64,000 nucleotides of DNA. It comes from an uncultured Ruficoccus sp. GTDB taxonomy: Bacteria; Verrucomicrobiota; Verrucomicrobiia; Opitutales; Cerasicoccaceae. The stretch spans positions 672,001 through 736,000 of the forward strand of contig OZ223481.1 in the NCBI GenBank assembly GCA_965140785.1. The letters run 5' to 3'. This document shows positions 19,282 to 28,604 of this stretch, piece after piece. A model generated the notes under the pieces. That model searched no databases, was not told where the DNA came from, and worked only from the letters and a program-made list of their open reading frames with translations. The position numbers and the translations under genes are program-made. Each line of letters starts with the position of its first letter. Position 1 is the stretch's first letter.

Positions 19282-20226
19282 ATGCAACCCCTCATTCTCG
19301 TCATCGGTAGCTACAATCAGGATCTCTTCTGGCAAATCCCCGCTTTCCCCGCGCCCGGCCAGACCTGTGTGGGCGCTTTTAGCACACTGCCCGGCGGCAA
19401 GGGTTCCAATCAGGCCGTGGCCATTGCCCGGTTGGGCGTGCCGACCGCCTTTTGCGGCTCAGTGGGGGAGGACACCTTTGGCCGGGCGCTGCCGGCGTTT
19501 TACCGCAGCGAAGGGATCGAGGATCATCTTGTTTACAAAAAAGACCAGCCCACCGGAAATGCCGCCATATGGGTCAACGCCGAGGGCGAAAACCAGATCG
19601 TCATCTCCGCCGGGGCGAACGGCTCGCTGCAACCGGCAGACATCCCGCTGCCGCTGCTGGGGCAGGTCCGCCTGCTCGTCTGCCAGAACGAAAGCTGCCC
19701 GTCGACCACTGCCTGGGCCTTTGAACAGGCGCGCGCCAATGGCGTGACAACCGTGCTCAACCCCGCACCCATGCGGGCGGATTTTCCCTTCTCACTCCTG
19801 CGCCACACGGACGTCCTCGTGCCGAACGAAAGCGAATTCGCCGAATTGCTCGTGCGACTGGGGGAGGCGCCGTCGCCGACTTTTGACGCCGACAGCGTGG
19901 CCGCACTTTCCGCCGAGGAAATGCACGGGCTGTGCCGTAGACTCGGTGTGCCCACGGTGATCGTTACCCTCGGGCGACGCGGGTCGTTTGTCGATCAGGC
20001 GAGCGGTTTTACGCAGGTGCCCGCGCACAGCGGCGTGGAGGCGGTCGATACGACCGGAGCCGGAGACGCCTTTATCGGCGGGCTCTGCGCCCACCTGGTT
20101 GAAAAAGCCCAAGGCCCCGTCGCTGCCGCCCGCTATGCCAGCGCCGTGGCCGCCCTGTCTGTGACGAAAAAAGGCGCAACTCCTGCCATGCCCACCCGCG
20201 CCGAGGTGGAGGCGTTTTTGGGCTAG
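19282..20226 (+). CDS. rbsK: ribokinase
   Basis: GGKGSNQA, LNPAP, PNESE, DTTGAGDAFIG. Confidence 0.9.
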   Translation: MQPLILVIGSYNQDLFWQIPAFPAPGQTCVGAFSTLPGGKGSNQAVAIARLGVPTAFCGSVGEDTFGRALPAFYRSEGIEDHLVYKKDQPTGNAAIWVNAEGENQIVISAGANGSLQPADIPLPLLGQVRLLVCQNESCPSTTAWAFEQARANGVTTVLNPAPMRADFPFSLLRHTDVLVPNESEFAELLVRLGEAPSPTFDADSVAALSAEEMHGLCRRLGVPTVIVTLGRRGSFVDQASGFTQVPAHSGVEAVDTTGAGDAFIGGLCAHLVEKAQGPVAAARYASAVAALSVTKKGATPAMPTRAEVEAFLG

Positions 20227-20457
20227 TGCCTATTCAGATAAACGAAAAAGCTCAATTTCAGAACGAAAAGACACATTTCAGCCGCTTTGAGCGTTTCTGG
20301 CGGATTGATTGATGAAGAACAGGGTAATTTTAATTTATGCTACGACCGCAGAGGCTCGTGAGCGTGTGCTTGACAATATACGTTATAATATAAATCATTA
20401 TAGGGTGAATGAGTATAATGATGCGCTTAGTTCATTCTCTTCAAGATGTAATTAAAT

Positions 20458-20724
20458 ATGGTCCAAATATATATATACTTTTCGTCTTTTGTTTTAATTG
20501 TCATTGTTTCAATCTATTTGGCCTTTAAGTCTGAATACGGTATTGCAATTATATTGTTTTCTATGATTTTTTTTCCAGCGATAGAGCAGTATGATATTGA
20601 TTATAATTTCATAGGTATGAAGCACATTCAATATTTGCTAATTGAGCGGGTTTTTGTTTTGATTGGATGCTTGTTGGTGGTTCATAAGGTTATAGGTTTA
20701 AGTGGGTTAAGGAATGATGTGTAA
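20458..20724 (+). CDS. small AT-rich hypothetical membrane protein
   Basis: 88-aa hydrophobic ORF in a low-GC patch. Confidence 0.4.
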   Translation: MVQIYIYFSSFVLIVIVSIYLAFKSEYGIAIILFSMIFFPAIEQYDIDYNFIGMKHIQYLLIERVFVLIGCLLVVHKVIGLSGLRNDV

Positions 20725-20912
20725 GTTTGTGAATGCATTTTCCGTCTTGTTTTTATTTTAACTTGCATTTATACTTTTGGCCAGTCCGACCTAACGTGGA
20801 TGGTGGTAGGGGAGAACCGTGTGGCTACGTATGAACAGCGGGTGGGGCGGAATCTAACAGGCCCTAGAGTATCATTAGTTTAAAAGCGCACCGCAATGGG
20901 AGGTTTCTCTGT

Positions 20913-22133
20913 TTACTGCTGCGTCAGGCGCAACTGGTAAAAGATCGCCTGGCCCGGAGCGGGGGCGTCGGTTTCGCTCCAGCGATACAGCGTGTGTGCA
21001 TCGCTGCTGCCGAGGGTTTCCACGCCTGCGCTCCAGGCAGAGGAGCCGGTCTTGGTCGCGACTTCGGACCAGGTTCCGGCGGTCAAATCATACGTGCGCC
21101 AAATGGCGTAGGTAACGTCCGGGCGGGCGGGTTCGGGCAGTTCGAGCTGGAAGCCGGGGACGCCGCCATCGCTTACGGCGCTGGGCAGGCCACTGCCGGT
21201 TGAGCCGTCGTCGATGCCGAGCGCGTAGCGGACGCCGTTGGGCAGGGCGGCGGGCGTGGTGCTTTCGGCGAATCCGATGCCGGTGAGGCCGTCGGCCCAG
21301 AGCCAGTTGTCATACTTTTCCACGACAACGGTCGTCATGCGAAAGGTGACGGCGTAGTCACCCGGCTGGGTGAAAGCCCAGTTGCAGTGATGGTGCCAGC
21401 CGGCGGCGAGGTAGATGCAGTCGTCCGCGTCGATGCCATCGGAGGTGGCCATGTAAACACTCGGGGGAGCGCCGGCGTTGCCAAAGTTGAAGAGCGTGAA
21501 CTCGCCGCCCGTGGGGCCGGTCACCTTTACCAGTTCGAGGCGAACGAATTTATCGGTACTGCCCGCGCCGATGGCGGGGGCTCCGGGGTTCCAGGGGACC
21601 AGTTGCGGGTCTTCCTCGGAATCATCGGCAACACGGAGGCCGGGATAAATCCAGGTTTGGCCCGGAACTACGTCTTGTTGGACAATCCAGAACTTTTGCC
21701 CGACTTCGGCTCCGATGAAGCCGAAGCCGGCATCGATGCTCGCCTGCCCCATGATCTGCCCGCAAGCCTCGTTGAAGTACAGGTAGGCTTCGTCCGGGGT
21801 GTAGTACAGGTCGTCTGCCGGGTTGTCCGGCTCTGAGAGGTTGGCCACGGCGATGAACGGGTTGCCCGCGCCGCCGACGTAGGAAATATTCAGGTCCACA
21901 TGCAGGCCGTCCAGCTTTTCCCGCCCGGCCTGCTCGGTCGTAACGCCGAAGTAAAAGGTATGCTCGGAACTGGTTACGGTCAGGCCTTGGGCTTGCGCGT
22001 ATCCAAAGCTGGATACAATCATGCCGATTGTGAGCGCCAACCGTCCGATCATTCCGCGCAGGTGCGAAAACCGGGAGCGGCGAGGGCCGGTGACGCGATG
22101 GGGAGAGCGGTGGATGTCGGTGGACGTGTTCAT
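20913..22133 (-). CDS. secreted protein with TIGR03769/choice-of-anchor-M-like His domain
   Basis: HVDL...VRLELVKVTGPTGGEFTLF...HHHCNWAFTQPGDYAVTF; ATGA overlap with the upstream prepilin; true start could be ~22052. Confidence 0.75.
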   Translation of the reverse strand: MNTSTDIHRSPHRVTGPRRSRFSHLRGMIGRLALTIGMIVSSFGYAQAQGLTVTSSEHTFYFGVTTEQAGREKLDGLHVDLNISYVGGAGNPFIAVANLSEPDNPADDLYYTPDEAYLYFNEACGQIMGQASIDAGFGFIGAEVGQKFWIVQQDVVPGQTWIYPGLRVADDSEEDPQLVPWNPGAPAIGAGSTDKFVRLELVKVTGPTGGEFTLFNFGNAGAPPSVYMATSDGIDADDCIYLAAGWHHHCNWAFTQPGDYAVTFRMTTVVVEKYDNWLWADGLTGIGFAESTTPAALPNGVRYALGIDDGSTGSGLPSAVSDGGVPGFQLELPEPARPDVTYAIWRTYDLTAGTWSEVATKTGSSAWSAGVETLGSSDAHTLYRWSETDAPAPGQAIFYQLRLTQQ

Positions 22134-22834
22134 CGTTGCGGGGGCTGGGCTGGGTTGACGCCGCGGGCGAAAATTTCTTTAAGTTTACTGGCGAGCATAT
22201 AGTCCACGTGACCGTCGGCGTAGAGGTAGTTGGCCCCGCCGCGGTGGCGGTCGGGCTGGATGTCCAGCCGCGCGTAGGCGTAGCCGTTAGCCCCGGTCCA
22301 GGTGCGCGAGTGGGTGTGGTCGGAGTTGACAGTGACTGGGCGGTTGTCGGCACCGGTGAAGACCGTGATTGTGCGGGCGGGATTGGGCAGCTGCATGAGA
22401 TTGGTATAGTCCTCGTTGACTTCAAACTGGCCGGTGGCGAAGTTGAAGCTCTTGCTGGTCACGGCCACGTACTCGTTCATGACGTAGCTGGAGGAGCCTT
22501 TTTCGAGGCGCTCGTCAGCCTTCGGGTCGCCGGGGCAGATGCGGATCGCATCCACGTTGCCGGTGTAGGGGGCGAGGGTTTGAATCCACGACTTGCTGGC
22601 GGCGGTGTCATGGGTGGTCTTCGGGAACTGACCGCGATTGGCTTGGCAAAACAGCGTGATACCGGTGCCGATTTGGCGCAGGTTGGAGGCGCACTGGGTC
22701 TGACGGGCCATGTCCCGGGAGGAGGACAGTCCGGCATGAACGAGGCAGGCCAGCACCGCCAAAATGGCAATGCCGGCCAGCAATTCGACCAGGCTGAAGG
22801 CGCCTGGTCGGTTTTTACTCAAGCCACTGTGCAT
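22130..22834 (-). CDS. prepilin-type N-terminal cleavage/methylation protein with H-X9-DG C-terminus
   Basis: GAFSLVELL, CASNLRQIG, RHRGGANYLYADGH. Confidence 0.88.
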   Translation of the reverse strand: MHSGLSKNRPGAFSLVELLAGIAILAVLACLVHAGLSSSRDMARQTQCASNLRQIGTGITLFCQANRGQFPKTTHDTAASKSWIQTLAPYTGNVDAIRICPGDPKADERLEKGSSSYVMNEYVAVTSKSFNFATGQFEVNEDYTNLMQLPNPARTITVFTGADNRPVTVNSDHTHSRTWTGANGYAYARLDIQPDRHRGGANYLYADGHVDYMLASKLKEIFARGVNPAQPPQR

Positions 22835-22838
22835 CGGT

Positions 22839-23610
22839 TCAGGTCAACGATCGATTTACGGGGCGTGAGCCGCGAGCGCCGAAGCGACGGCGCAGCAGGA
22901 CCACCCCGAGGCAGGCGGCCCCGGCCATGGCGGCATAGGTGGACGGTTCGGGCACGACATTAAAGGTGTAGGTGGCGGTATCGCTTTGCAGGATGCCCTC
23001 GATGGTGCCGGTCACCGTGAACTCCAGCTCATAGACGCCCGCCTCGGTGAAGCCCCAGTTGACGTGCTGGTGACCGGAAATGCCGAGGTCCAGCGTGATG
23101 GCGTCGGCGGCGCTGATGCCGTCGGCGGTGCTCATGAAAAAGGTCGGCGTGAAGCCGCCCACCCAAACCGAGAATTCGCCTGAGGCGGGCATGTTTGCCC
23201 CTACCAGGGTGAGCGTGAGGGTATTGTCGTCGAAAGTTCCGAGCGTGATTTCCTCGCCGCCGACTCCGAGGTACGGCGCGTTCAGGTCCGCCGCGCCGCC
23301 TGCCCCGAGGTTGCTATCGGGCAGGTACCAGTAGTTTCTCACCCGCGCTGACACCGAGCGGGTCCCAGGCGCTGCCGCTGGGGCGGCCGCCGTTGCTATT
23401 GACAAAGGCGTAGCTGCTTTGCGGCACGACGATGACGGCCTCGTCGGGCGCGTATTCGGTTTCGGTGGATTCGTCGTGGACGTGCAGCTCCAGTTCGGTG
23501 CCTTCGCCCAGGCCGAGATCCATGTGCCCGGAGGTGAGGTTGACCGCTCCCTGAGAGATGCTGACAGAAATAAGGGCGCCCAGCCCGATCAGTAAGGTAG
23601 ATGACTTCAT
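22839..23610 (-). pseudogene. PEP-CTERM protein with TIGR03769/choice-of-anchor-M-like domain, frameshifted near 23336 (possibly assembly error)
   Basis: Signal peptide + GHMDL..LHVHDE in ORF 23314..23619; GHQHVNWGFTEAGVYELEF and VPEPSTYAAMAG...RRR in ORF 22839..23405. Confidence 0.8.
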
Positions 23611-23622
23611 GGGGGGCAAAAA

Positions 23623-23672
23623 TGCAACAACCTTGCATTAGCCGTCAAGGCTTTTAATGCAACTATATTGCA
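23623..23672. promoter_or_regulatory. two TGCAA-N5-TTGCA palindromes (putative Zur-type operators) flanking a minus-strand TTGACG -35
   Basis: TGCAAcaaccTTGCA 23623-23637 and TGCAActataTTGCA 23658-23672; cgtcaa at 23643-23648. Confidence 0.7.
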
Positions 23673-23731
23673 ACAAACAAATCTTCCGCCCGTTATCCCG
23701 ATTTCAACCAGCAATCATAAAATACCCATTT

Positions 23732-23808
23732 CCCGCGAAGTCACGCGAAGGAACACGAAGTGAGTCACTCCCTCATCGACTTTGCGTATCTTCGCGTGAC
23801 TTCGCGGG
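23732..23808. repeat. 19-bp perfect inverted repeat with 10-nt internal periodicity
   Basis: cccgcgaagtcacgcgaag / cttcgcgtgacttcgcggg. Confidence 0.8.
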
Positions 23809-23984
23809 CCATCTCTTTATCGATATACTTGAAAACGGTATTATCCAGCCCGCTACGCTCCCAGCCGCCTGGCGAACCTTCAACACATTTCCCCACTGAG
23901 TGCGACAGATTAAAGCGAAAGTGCTCTAGTTTTTATTTTACTAAAAAATCTGGTGTATCCATCCATGAATACACAATCAGCCAA

Positions 23985-24068
23985 CCAATGACCAATGACC
24001 AATGACCAATGACCAATGACCAATGACCAATGACCAATGACCAATGACCAATGACCAATGACCAATGA
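23985..24068. repeat. heptamer tandem repeat (CCAATGA)12
   Basis: 12 perfect copies counted directly. Confidence 0.95.
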
Positions 24069-24071
24069 CGC

Positions 24072-25097
24072 TTAAGGCTGGGCGCGCGCGGAGGCGGATC
24101 CGAGCTCGGCTTCGACTTCGGCCCGTGCCTCCTGAAGGGAGGGGCGTTCAACAGTGGCGAGTACTTGGCGGGCCTCGTCGGTGCGGCCCATTTTTATGAG
24201 CACCCGTGCTTCTTGCAGGTGGATGAGGTCGAGCTTGAGCGGATCGGTGACGCCCTTGCCGAGGATGCGCCACTGGTTGAGGGCGTCCTGCCAGTCGGGG
24301 TCTTCCACCTCGAAGAAAGCCTCGGCGTAGCGGATGTGGTAGTCGCGATTGGCCGGGGCGAGCTGAGAGGCGCTGTGAAAGGCGTCGAGCATGTTGCGAT
24401 CGAGCGTCTCGGGCTCGAAGATACCTTTGTCGATGTAAAACTTACGGTAGCGCGAGAGCAGTTCGCCCAGTTCGTAGCGGTAGAGGGGCTCTTCGGGTTC
24501 GAGGTCGATGGCGGCGAGGTAGTAGGGCAGGGCGAGGGCGTACTCCCCCTCCTCGGCGAGGTAGTTGCCGATCTGTTGCTTGGCCACGGCGAGGTTAGGG
24601 TCGAGCATATTGGCCTTCATGAAGGCCTTGTTGGCCGCTTTAGTCTCACCGATGCTGCGCAGGAATTTCCCGTAGAGCAGGTAGCCGTAGACGTACTCGG
24701 GATTGTCGAGGAGGAAGGAGTCGTACTCGGTTGCGATGACCTGGAGGCGACGTTCGTACTCGGCCTCGCTGCGGTGGGCGGAGTTCGCCGCCATTTCTTC
24801 AAAGAGCGCGTCCTGGCTTTCGAGGATGTCGATGAGGCGGGCGTCGGAGAGGGTTTCGCGATAGGGCTCATGCTCGCCCTCGGTACTGGCGGCGTCGGTG
24901 GTGGTGGCGGCTCCCTGGGCGGTCGGGGTGTCGTCCGTTTTTTCTTCTTCGCTGGGGCCGAAGAGCCCGTCGTAAATGTCGTCAAAAAAATCTGCGCGGG
25001 CCGCTGTGCCGGTGCCCAGCCACAGAGTCAGCGCCAGTATCAGGAGTTGGCAGCCGGTGAAAAAACGGGCCGGGTGGTGACGCGTGTTGCAGTGCAT
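24072..25097 (-). CDS. secreted tetratricopeptide repeat protein
   Basis: Signal peptide; TPR-like helices (YLLYGKFL..AFMKANMLDPN; YYLAAIDLEPEEPLYRYELG). Confidence 0.8.
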   Translation of the reverse strand: MHCNTRHHPARFFTGCQLLILALTLWLGTGTAARADFFDDIYDGLFGPSEEEKTDDTPTAQGAATTTDAASTEGEHEPYRETLSDARLIDILESQDALFEEMAANSAHRSEAEYERRLQVIATEYDSFLLDNPEYVYGYLLYGKFLRSIGETKAANKAFMKANMLDPNLAVAKQQIGNYLAEEGEYALALPYYLAAIDLEPEEPLYRYELGELLSRYRKFYIDKGIFEPETLDRNMLDAFHSASQLAPANRDYHIRYAEAFFEVEDPDWQDALNQWRILGKGVTDPLKLDLIHLQEARVLIKMGRTDEARQVLATVERPSLQEARAEVEAELGSASARAQP

Positions 25098-25281
25098 GGA
25101 AAAAGCGGATTGTGGATTCAGGCTGGTAATCGAGACCCCGCATTGTACCGGCGGCAAGCGTAAACGCCCCGGCGGGTGGTGGTGGGGGAGGTCCGGATTG
25201 TTCGGCCAGGATGGATAAAACAGGGTCGTGCGGCGGTTTGTTCCCTGGATTGCGACGCACGGGTTACGAGGGCCTGTTGCG

Positions 25282-26580
25282 TTACTCTGATGGGGGTGAG
25301 GCTGGCGGTCTTTTCGGAATACCCGCCTCCCAGGGGTCGAAACTGAGCCGGGGAAGCCCGCCCGTGACGCACAGGCGCAGGTGGCGGTGGCGGGCCAGGT
25401 AGTGCAGGCCTACGAGCACGGCGGCGATGCCCGAGGCGGCGCCGATCATGAGCGCCCAGCGCGGGCCGAAGCGGTCGGCCACCCAGCCGACGATCGGTCC
25501 GCCGATGGGCGCGCCGCCCATGAAGATCGCCATGAGGATGGCGACCACGCGTCCGCGCATGGCCGGCTCGGTCGAGAGCTGGACGGTGCTGTTGACCGTG
25601 GTGGTAAAGGTCTGCGCGCACAGCCCGACGAGGATGAGCATGGCGCCGAAAAACCAGAAGGTCGGCAGCAGCGCGGCCAGTACGAAGGCCCCGCTGAACA
25701 CGCTCGCCGCCACCAGCACGAGGCTGATCCGTGGGCGTTCGCGGCTGGCGGAGAGGAGCGCGCCGATAACGGCGCCGACCGCGGCCAGCGAACTGAGCAG
25801 CCCGTACTGGTCGGCCCCGGCGTGAAAGACCGACACGGTCATGGTCGAGACGTAGATGGGGAATTTCAGGCCGAAGGTGCCGATCAGGAACAGCATCAAA
25901 AGCAGGGCCTTGAGGTCGGGCCGGTCCCAGACGTAGCGGAAGCCGGCCAGCAGGCTTCCGCGGTTGCGCAGGGCGCGGTCCACCGGGGTCAGCTCCTCTT
26001 GCCGCAGCAGGCACAGCGAGGCGAGCACGGTGATATAGGAGGCGGCGTTGATGAGAAAAACCCAGCCGCTGCCGATGGCTGCGATGAGCAGCCCGGCCAC
26101 GGCTGGGCCGACAGTGCGCCCGATGTTGAACGAGGTTGAGTTGAGCGCGACGGCATTGGAGAGATTGCCTTCGCCCACCAGGTCGGCGACGAAGGTCTGC
26201 CGCGCCGGGGCGTCAAAGGCCGCCGCGCAGCCCAGCAGGAACGCGAAAAGATAAACCTGCCACAGCTGGACCCAGCCGCCGACGGTGAGGATGCCCAGCC
26301 CGAGGGCGAGCAGCCCCATGGCGGCCTGGGTGGCCAGCAGGATCTTGCGCCGGTCGCAATGGTCGGCGGCAAATCCGGTGATCGGCAGCAGCAGGACGGG
26401 CGGGCCGAACTGCAGGCCGATTACGATCCCGATGGCGGTGGCGTTCTTGTCGGTGAGCTGGGTGAGGACGATCCAGTCCTGCGCCGTGCGCTGCATCCAG
26501 GTGCCGACATTGGAGACGATCGCCCCTCCCGCCCAGACGCGGTAGTTGTAGTGGCGCAGTGAGCGAAACGTTCCCCTCAT
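25282..26580 (-). CDS. MFS transporter
   Basis: About 12 TMs; SNVGTWMQ, GFAADHCDRRK, FDAPARQTFV. Confidence 0.88.
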   Translation of the reverse strand: MRGTFRSLRHYNYRVWAGGAIVSNVGTWMQRTAQDWIVLTQLTDKNATAIGIVIGLQFGPPVLLLPITGFAADHCDRRKILLATQAAMGLLALGLGILTVGGWVQLWQVYLFAFLLGCAAAFDAPARQTFVADLVGEGNLSNAVALNSTSFNIGRTVGPAVAGLLIAAIGSGWVFLINAASYITVLASLCLLRQEELTPVDRALRNRGSLLAGFRYVWDRPDLKALLLMLFLIGTFGLKFPIYVSTMTVSVFHAGADQYGLLSSLAAVGAVIGALLSASRERPRISLVLVAASVFSGAFVLAALLPTFWFFGAMLILVGLCAQTFTTTVNSTVQLSTEPAMRGRVVAILMAIFMGGAPIGGPIVGWVADRFGPRWALMIGAASGIAAVLVGLHYLARHRHLRLCVTGGLPRLSFDPWEAGIPKRPPASPPSE

Positions 26581-26599
26581 ACAGATCCTTGGTCGGCGA

Positions 26600-27322
26600 C
26601 TAAAAGAGCTCGCCGAAGAGCGAACCCTGCTGCGGCTTTGTCGGGGGCGGGGCGGTCTCCGCAATCAGCTCGGGGCCGTCGTTGCGGGCGCTGTTGACAG
26701 TTTCCGAGACCGGATGGCGCACGAGGGCGTCCTCCGGTGGGGGCTTGAGCAGGTCGGCCACGTCGGAGGCGCGTTCGCGGCTGGTGTCGAGCCAGCGCTC
26801 GTAATCCGCCGGGGCGATGAGGACGGGCATGCGGTGGTGCAGGGGCTGCATCCAGTCGTTGGCGGCGGTGGTGAGGATAGAGCACGACTCGATCTCCGAG
26901 CCGTCGGGGCTGCCCCAGTGCTCCCAGAGCCCGGCCAGGGCGAGCAGGCCGCCGTCCGCCGGGCGCACGTAGTAGGGCTGCTTGCGCCCGCTGCCGAGGT
27001 CTTTCCACTCGTAGAAGCCGTCGGCGGGGATGAGGCAGCGCTTGTGGCGCATGGGCCCGCGAAAGGCCGGCTTGCCGGCGGCGGTTTCGGAGCGGGCGTT
27101 GATGAGCTGAAAGGCGATGCCGGGGTCCTTGGCCCAGAAGGGGACGAGCCCCCAGGTCAGTACGGCGCATTCGCGGCCCCCGCGGTTGCGGTCCTCACGG
27201 ATGGCGGCGACCGGCTGGCCGGGGGCGATATTGTAACGGGCCTTGAACTGAGGCGCGTTGCGCAGGACGAACTGCCGGATCAGTTGCTGCATTTTGGCCG
27301 TTAAGACGAAGCGTCCGCACAT
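26600..27322 (-). CDS. SOS response-associated peptidase (SRAP/YedK)
   Basis: MCGRF start, YNIAP, INARSET, ADGFYEW, HHRMP. Confidence 0.92.
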   Translation of the reverse strand: MCGRFVLTAKMQQLIRQFVLRNAPQFKARYNIAPGQPVAAIREDRNRGGRECAVLTWGLVPFWAKDPGIAFQLINARSETAAGKPAFRGPMRHKRCLIPADGFYEWKDLGSGRKQPYYVRPADGGLLALAGLWEHWGSPDGSEIESCSILTTAANDWMQPLHHRMPVLIAPADYERWLDTSRERASDVADLLKPPPEDALVRHPVSETVNSARNDGPELIAETAPPPTKPQQGSLFGELF

Positions 27323-27403
27323 CCCGTGATTTTCGCAGCCTGGCCGGGCGGGGCAATGGAAAACCTTTGCCACCGGCGCGGGAATGTCCCAAATGCAGAG
27401 GGC

Positions 27404-28567
27404 ATGTTTGACTTTGACCAGGTAATCGACCGGACGGACACAGGCAGCCTCAAGTGGGGCAAGTACGCCGGTAAGGACGTGCTGCCGCTGTGGGTGGCGG
27501 ACATGGACTTTGTCTCGCCTCCGCCGGTGCTGGAGGCGCTGGAGGCGCGCACGCGGCACGGGATTTTCGGCTACACGCTGGCTCCGCCCTCGACCCAGGA
27601 CGCGGTGCTGGCCTATCTCAAGCGCGTTCACGGTTACGAGGCCAAGCGCGAATGGCTGGTCTGGCTGCCGGGGCTGGTCCCGGCGCTTAACGTCGTGGCG
27701 TGTGCCTTCGGCGAACCCGGCGACTCGATTCTGACCTGCACGCCGGTGTACCCGCCGTTTCTGTCGGCCCCCGGCTGGCAGGGGAAGGACCTGATCACCA
27801 GCCATCTCAAGCTGGAGGACGGGGCGTGGACGTTCGACTTCGACGATCTGGAGGCCAAGGTCACGGCCCGCACGCGGAGCTTCATCTTGTGCAACCCGCA
27901 TAATCCGGTGGGGCGCGTTTACCGCCCCGAGGAGCTGGAGCGCCTGGTCGCCTTCTGCGAAAAGCACGACCTGGTGCTGTGTTCGGACGAAATCCACTGC
28001 GACCTGCTCTTTGACGGAGCCAGGCACACGGTGACCGCGTCGCTCTCGCCCGAGGCCGAGAAGCGCACCATCACCCTGATGGCCCCGAGCAAGACCTATA
28101 ACCTGCCGGGCCTGTGCTGCTCGTTCGCCATCATCGCGGATCCGAAGCTGCGGCTGCGTTTCCAGCAAGCGGCGCGGGGGCTGATCACCGAGGTCAACTG
28201 CCTGGGCTACGCCGGTTGCGAGGCCGCCTATAATGAAGGCGAGCTGTGGCGGCTCGAGCTGATGGAGTACCTGATGTCCAACCGGGACTTTCTCTATAAC
28301 TTTATCAACGAGCGTCTGCCGGAGATCACGCTGCGCCCGATGGAGGCGACCTACCTGGCCTGGCTCAACATCGAGGGCGTGCGCGCGCTCGGCTGCGAGA
28401 ACCCGCATAAGCTCTTCGAGGAGCACGGGGTGGGGCTTTCGCCGGGGGCGGACTTTTATGACGCCGACTATGTGCGGCTCAACTTCGGCTGCACCCGCGC
28501 CATGCTGGAGCAGGCGCTGCTGCGGATGGAGAAGGCCGTGGCCAGCCTGCGTAAATCCACTGACTGA
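27404..28567 (+). CDS. PatB/MalY-type PLP-dependent C-S lyase
   Basis: SLKW, LWVADMDF, CNPHNPVGR, SDEIH, APSKTYNLPG, RLNFG. Confidence 0.88.
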   Translation: MFDFDQVIDRTDTGSLKWGKYAGKDVLPLWVADMDFVSPPPVLEALEARTRHGIFGYTLAPPSTQDAVLAYLKRVHGYEAKREWLVWLPGLVPALNVVACAFGEPGDSILTCTPVYPPFLSAPGWQGKDLITSHLKLEDGAWTFDFDDLEAKVTARTRSFILCNPHNPVGRVYRPEELERLVAFCEKHDLVLCSDEIHCDLLFDGARHTVTASLSPEAEKRTITLMAPSKTYNLPGLCCSFAIIADPKLRLRFQQAARGLITEVNCLGYAGCEAAYNEGELWRLELMEYLMSNRDFLYNFINERLPEITLRPMEATYLAWLNIEGVRALGCENPHKLFEEHGVGLSPGADFYDADYVRLNFGCTRAMLEQALLRMEKAVASLRKSTD

Positions 28568-28604
28568 ACCGGGGTCCTTCGATGGGGCCGCCCGCGGTTA
28601 AGAT

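Noticed and set aside
20370..20389. TTGACA...TATAAT sigma-70 promoter
   Set aside because: Hexamers are only 8 nt apart
23985..24068. CRISPR array, or the coding ORF 23933..24151
   Set aside because: No spacers; the WSLVIGH peptide is just the translated heptamer repeat
26600..28426. 608-aa ORF as a fused SRAP protein
   Set aside because: SRAP needs Cys2 at the N-terminus (ATG 27322); the upstream part is antisense to the PatB-type gene
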